Shown: positions 60,768 to 64,000 of the stretch, in pieces
Numbering within the stretch: position 1 is the stretch's first letter
Layout of the letters: every line of letters starts with the position of its first letter
Assembly (NCBI GenBank): GCA_964234715.1
Contig: OZ174277.1
Length of the DNA: 64,000 nucleotides
From: Podarcis melisellensis
Taxonomy: Eukaryota
Reading direction: 5' to 3' (one strand)
The notes under the pieces: model-generated
The model's database searches: none
What the model was told of the DNA's origin: nothing
What the model saw: the letters and a program-made list of their open reading frames with translations, nothing else
Position numbers and translations under genes: made by a program

Positions 60768-63700
60768 CTTTTTTTTTTTTCCTGACGTAAATTTTTATTA
60801 AGCGTTTCAAAATAGGGAATGAAAAAGAAAAAAACAGAAAAAGAGAACAGAAAAATATACACGAATAACAATACATCAAATAGATATTTTTACATCACTT
60901 CTTTCACATAGTTGTTTCTTTCAAGACTTCCTTCAGCTAAATCGCAAGTCATTCGTAGCCAAAATTAATGTCCGCGTTTCTTCGTTTATATTGTCGTTAT
61001 GTCTACTCTTACTCTCTATTTTCTTTGCACAATAACCTCTAGTCTGTTACAGTACGTCTTTAAATCCCTTGAGCGTTATTTTTCCATCACAAACGTATTC
61101 CAAGTAGTCTACATATTTCCCCCAGTCGCTGGTAAATATCTGGTCCTTTAAATATCTAATTCTCCCCGTTAACTTATCAAGCTCAGCATATTCCGATAAT
61201 TTACCTCTCCACTCCTCCACCGTCGGGATTTCTTGTTGTTTCCACCTTTGCGCTATTACAACCCTTGCTGCCGTAACCGCATAATATACCAGTCTACGAT
61301 CTTCCTTTTTTATATCTTGTCTTAATATCCCTAATAGGAAAATCTCGGGTTTCTTTATGAACGTGTATTTTAATATCTTTTTTAATTCGATGTAAACCTT
61401 CTCCCAAAACTGTTTTACCCTTCCGCACTCCCACCACATGTGGTAGAAGGAGCCCTCTACCTTTTTACACCTCCAACACTTATTGTCCACCTTGTACATT
61501 TTGGCAAGTTTCATAGGTGTCAAATGCCACCTATAAAACATCTTCATAACATTTTCTCTTATCACAGTACACGCCGTAAAGTTTATCCCATCTTTCCATA
61601 ATTTTTCCCAATCCTCAAATTGAATACTGTGACCTATATCTTTAGCCCAGCGAATCATTACAGATTTAACTTCTTCGTCAGCCAAGTTCCAATCAAGCAG
61701 CATTCTATATAACTTAGATATATTTTTCTCTTTGTTGTTAATTATCTCCGTCTGGTATTTAGAGTCTTTGTCTGCATAACCTCTTTCTTTGAAGTCCTTG
61801 CTGAACATCTGATTCACTTGTTGGTGGTGAAGCCAATCGTAAACATGTTCTTTTATCTGCTCATAGGGTTTAGTTCTCCATTTCCCTTCCACTTTAGTTA
61901 CTAACTGATTATATGATGCCCAGTTCTTTCTCATGTTAGTAGTTTTTATACTTATAATTTCAAGAGGTGACAGCCAGTGTGGTGTCTTCGGCTCTAGCAA
62001 GTTCTTATACCTTTCCCATGCCTCGATTATCGGCCCTCTAAAGATATGGTTACCAAACCCCTTATGTGCCTTCATTTTGTTCTTCCATAAGTAGGCATGC
62101 CAGCCAAAGCAGTTGTCGAAGCCCTCCAGATCTAGTAGCTCCGTATTTTCTAGCTTGACCCAGTCCTTTAACCAGCTTAGGCATACAGCCTCATAATATA
62201 GTTTTAGGTCTGGCAGGGCGAAGCCCCCCCTTTCCTTTACATCTGTTAAGAGTTTAAATTGTATTCTGGGTCTTCTGCCCTGCCATATAAACCTCGAAAT
62301 TACCCTCTGCCATTCCTTAAAAATCCTATTCCCTTTTATTATAGGAATAGTCTGAAACAAAAACATTAATCTTGCTAGCACATTCATCTTGATTATGTTG
62401 ATCCTTCCCCACATTGACAGTTTTAGTCGTCCCCATTTTTCCAAATCCTTCTTTATTCCCCTCCACATCGGCTCATAGTTGTTTTTAAAGAGATCTATAT
62501 TTCTAGGTGTTAGCCAGATGCCGAGGTATTTAACTTTTTTGACCATCTCTATCTGTGATTGCTGTTGGATTGTTTCTATTGTCTTCGGATCTATATTTTT
62601 ACATATCATTTTTGTTTTTGTCTTATTTAGTTTAAACCCGGCCACTTCTCCAAATAATTCTGCTTCCTTCAATATCTCTCCCACAGAGGTTTCTGGGTCT
62701 TCTGTCATTACTACCAAATCGTCGGCGAAGGCCTTGGTCTTATACACATTCCGTCCTAGCTTTACTCCTCTAATATTCTCATTTTGTCTTATGGCGTTTA
62801 AAAGGACTTCTAACACTGTTATAAATAGTAACGGGGAGAGCGGGCATCCTTGTCTTGTTCCCTTCCTTATCTTTATTTCCTCCGTTACCATATTATTTAC
62901 GATCAGTTTGGCCCTCTGTTCTGTGTATATTGCCCTTACCCCATTAAGGAAGTCTTTGCCTACATTCATGTGTTCCAGGTTTCTCAACATAAAATTCCAT
63001 AGCACATTATCAAATGCCTTTTCGGCGTCAATGAACATCATTATAACTTGTTTATCAATCCTTACAGACAGGAATTCTAACATATCAATGATATTTCTTG
63101 TGTTGTCTCTCATCTGCCGGCCAGGTAAGAAGCCTGCCTGATCTGTGTGTATGATATCTGCTAATACATTCTTTAACCTTCTTGCCAGAATTCCTGCAAA
63201 TATCTTATAGTCTACATTCAGCAGTGAGATTGGTCTATAATTTTTGACTTGGGTCAGGTCTGCGTCCTGTTTGGGGATAAACGTGATGTATGCCTCCTTC
63301 CAAGTTTCTGGAATTTCTCCTTTCTTTAAGATGTTGTTCATAGTGTTTTTCAAGGGTCTTACTAGAATAGGTTTCAGTTCTTTATAATAGCTGGCAGTAA
63401 ATCCATCGGGGCCTGGTGCTTTGCCCCTCTTGAGATCTCTAATTACCTCCTCGATTTCCTCGTTTTCAATTGCTATGTTTAATCTTTGTCTCCCTTCCTC
63501 CGGGATTTTTTGTCCCCCTTTATCTTTCATGTATCTTTCTATTTTCCTTAAACCTACCTTTTCCTGGTCCTTATACAGGTTTCTATAATAATTAAGAAAC
63601 TCCCTTCTAATTCCTTTGGGGTCAGTTCTCTCCTCCCCCTCTATTATTATTTTGTTAATCGTCCCCTGTTCTTTCCTTTTTTTCGTTTGCCAGGCAAGCC

Positions 63701-64000
63701 ATTTGCCTGGCTTGTTCGCAAAGTCAAAGTTTCTTTGCCTAAGTCTTTTAATATTCCACTCTACTTCCTTGTTTATCATTGTAGCAAACTGGGTTTGTAG
63801 GATTTTTATTTTTTCTTTTGTTTTCAGACAATTGGGGTTTTGGGCTAGCTCTGATTCGTTTGTCATTATCTGTCTTAGAATTTCCTCTTTATTTTTCTCT
63901 CTGTTCCTGTTTTTGATTGCGCTTTGTTGAATGAAGTACCCTCTTATTACCGCTTTACTAGCATCCCATACTATATTGTCTTTTGTCCCTTTATCACAAT
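60768..64000 (-). mobile_element. Young L1 LINE (3' part), inserted into the other L1, same sense as COL4A2
   Basis: Poly(A) at 60768-60780; AATAAA near 60794-60799; 3' UTR; uninterrupted ORF2. Confidence 0.95.
61047..63998 (-). CDS. L1 ORF2 (RT and Cys-rich C-terminus), open to the window edge
   Basis: 939 aa from an internal Met plus 44 further sense codons upstream; KAPGPDGF, GTRQGCPLSPLLF, AFADD, CWRC...HMWWEC. Confidence 0.93.
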   Translation of the reverse strand, partial: CDKGTKDNIVWDASKAVIRGYFIQQSAIKNRNREKNKEEILRQIMTNESELAQNPNCLKTKEKIKILQTQFATMINKEVEWNIKRLRQRNFDFANKPGKWLAWQTKKRKEQGTINKIIIEGEERTDPKGIRREFLNYYRNLYKDQEKVGLRKIERYMKDKGGQKIPEEGRQRLNIAIENEEIEEVIRDLKRGKAPGPDGFTASYYKELKPILVRPLKNTMNNILKKGEIPETWKEAYITFIPKQDADLTQVKNYRPISLLNVDYKIFAGILARRLKNVLADIIHTDQAGFLPGRQMRDNTRNIIDMLEFLSVRIDKQVIMMFIDAEKAFDNVLWNFMLRNLEHMNVGKDFLNGVRAIYTEQRAKLIVNNMVTEEIKIRKGTRQGCPLSPLLFITVLEVLLNAIRQNENIRGVKLGRNVYKTKAFADDLVVMTEDPETSVGEILKEAELFGEVAGFKLNKTKTKMICKNIDPKTIETIQQQSQIEMVKKVKYLGIWLTPRNIDLFKNNYEPMWRGIKKDLEKWGRLKLSMWGRINIIKMNVLARLMFLFQTIPIIKGNRIFKEWQRVISRFIWQGRRPRIQFKLLTDVKERGGFALPDLKLYYEAVCLSWLKDWVKLENTELLDLEGFDNCFGWHAYLWKNKMKAHKGFGNHIFRGPIIEAWERYKNLLEPKTPHWLSPLEIISIKTTNMRKNWASYNQLVTKVEGKWRTKPYEQIKEHVYDWLHHQQVNQMFSKDFKERGYADKDSKYQTEIINNKEKNISKLYRMLLDWNLADEEVKSVMIRWAKDIGHSIQFEDWEKLWKDGINFTACTVIRENVMKMFYRWHLTPMKLAKMYKVDNKCWRCKKVEGSFYHMWWECGRVKQFWEKVYIELKKILKYTFIKKPEIFLLGILRQDIKKEDRRLVYYAVTAARVVIAQRWKQQEIPTVEEWRGKLSEYAELDKLTGRIRYLKDQIFTSDWGKYVDYLEYVCDGKITLKGFKDVL

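Noticed and set aside
51357-64000. Further COL4A2 exon (exon 21 equivalent)
   Set aside because: No Gly-X-Y segment with splice sites found, so intron 21 extends past the window. Likewise no exon 47 was found in 1-1791.

Overview
Vertebrate genomic DNA, very probably from a lacertid lizard (inferred from the Sauria SINEs and squamate-type L1, CR1, Penelope and Gypsy repeats). The minus strand carries 25 consecutive coding exons of collagen type IV alpha-2 (COL4A2), equivalent to human exons 22-46 (numbering recalled, not aligned). All have GT/AG boundaries and splice into one open frame of 3171 nt (1057 codons), running from the mid triple helix into the start of NC1; the gene continues beyond both window edges. 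The introns are packed with often nested transposons: at least eight Sauria SINEs, seven L1 pieces (one with ORF2 open to the window edge), a truncated Tf1/sushi-type Gypsy element, solo LTRs, Penelope ends, CR1/L2 remnants, and Tc1/mariner and hAT MITEs. The most notable signals are (1) a PEG10-like -1 frameshift cassette and an apparent self-priming site in the Gypsy element, (2) long acidic-then-basic reading frames starting at the same register in two unrelated LTR families, (3) minimal hammerhead ribozyme motifs in Penelope remnants, one in the sense of the pre-mRNA, (4) a perfect 61-bp hairpin, and (5) a Gly-to-Ser change in the collagen triple helix. I see no evidence of a new host gene system; the novelty candidates are transposon-encoded RNA and protein features. 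All coordinates were counted by hand.
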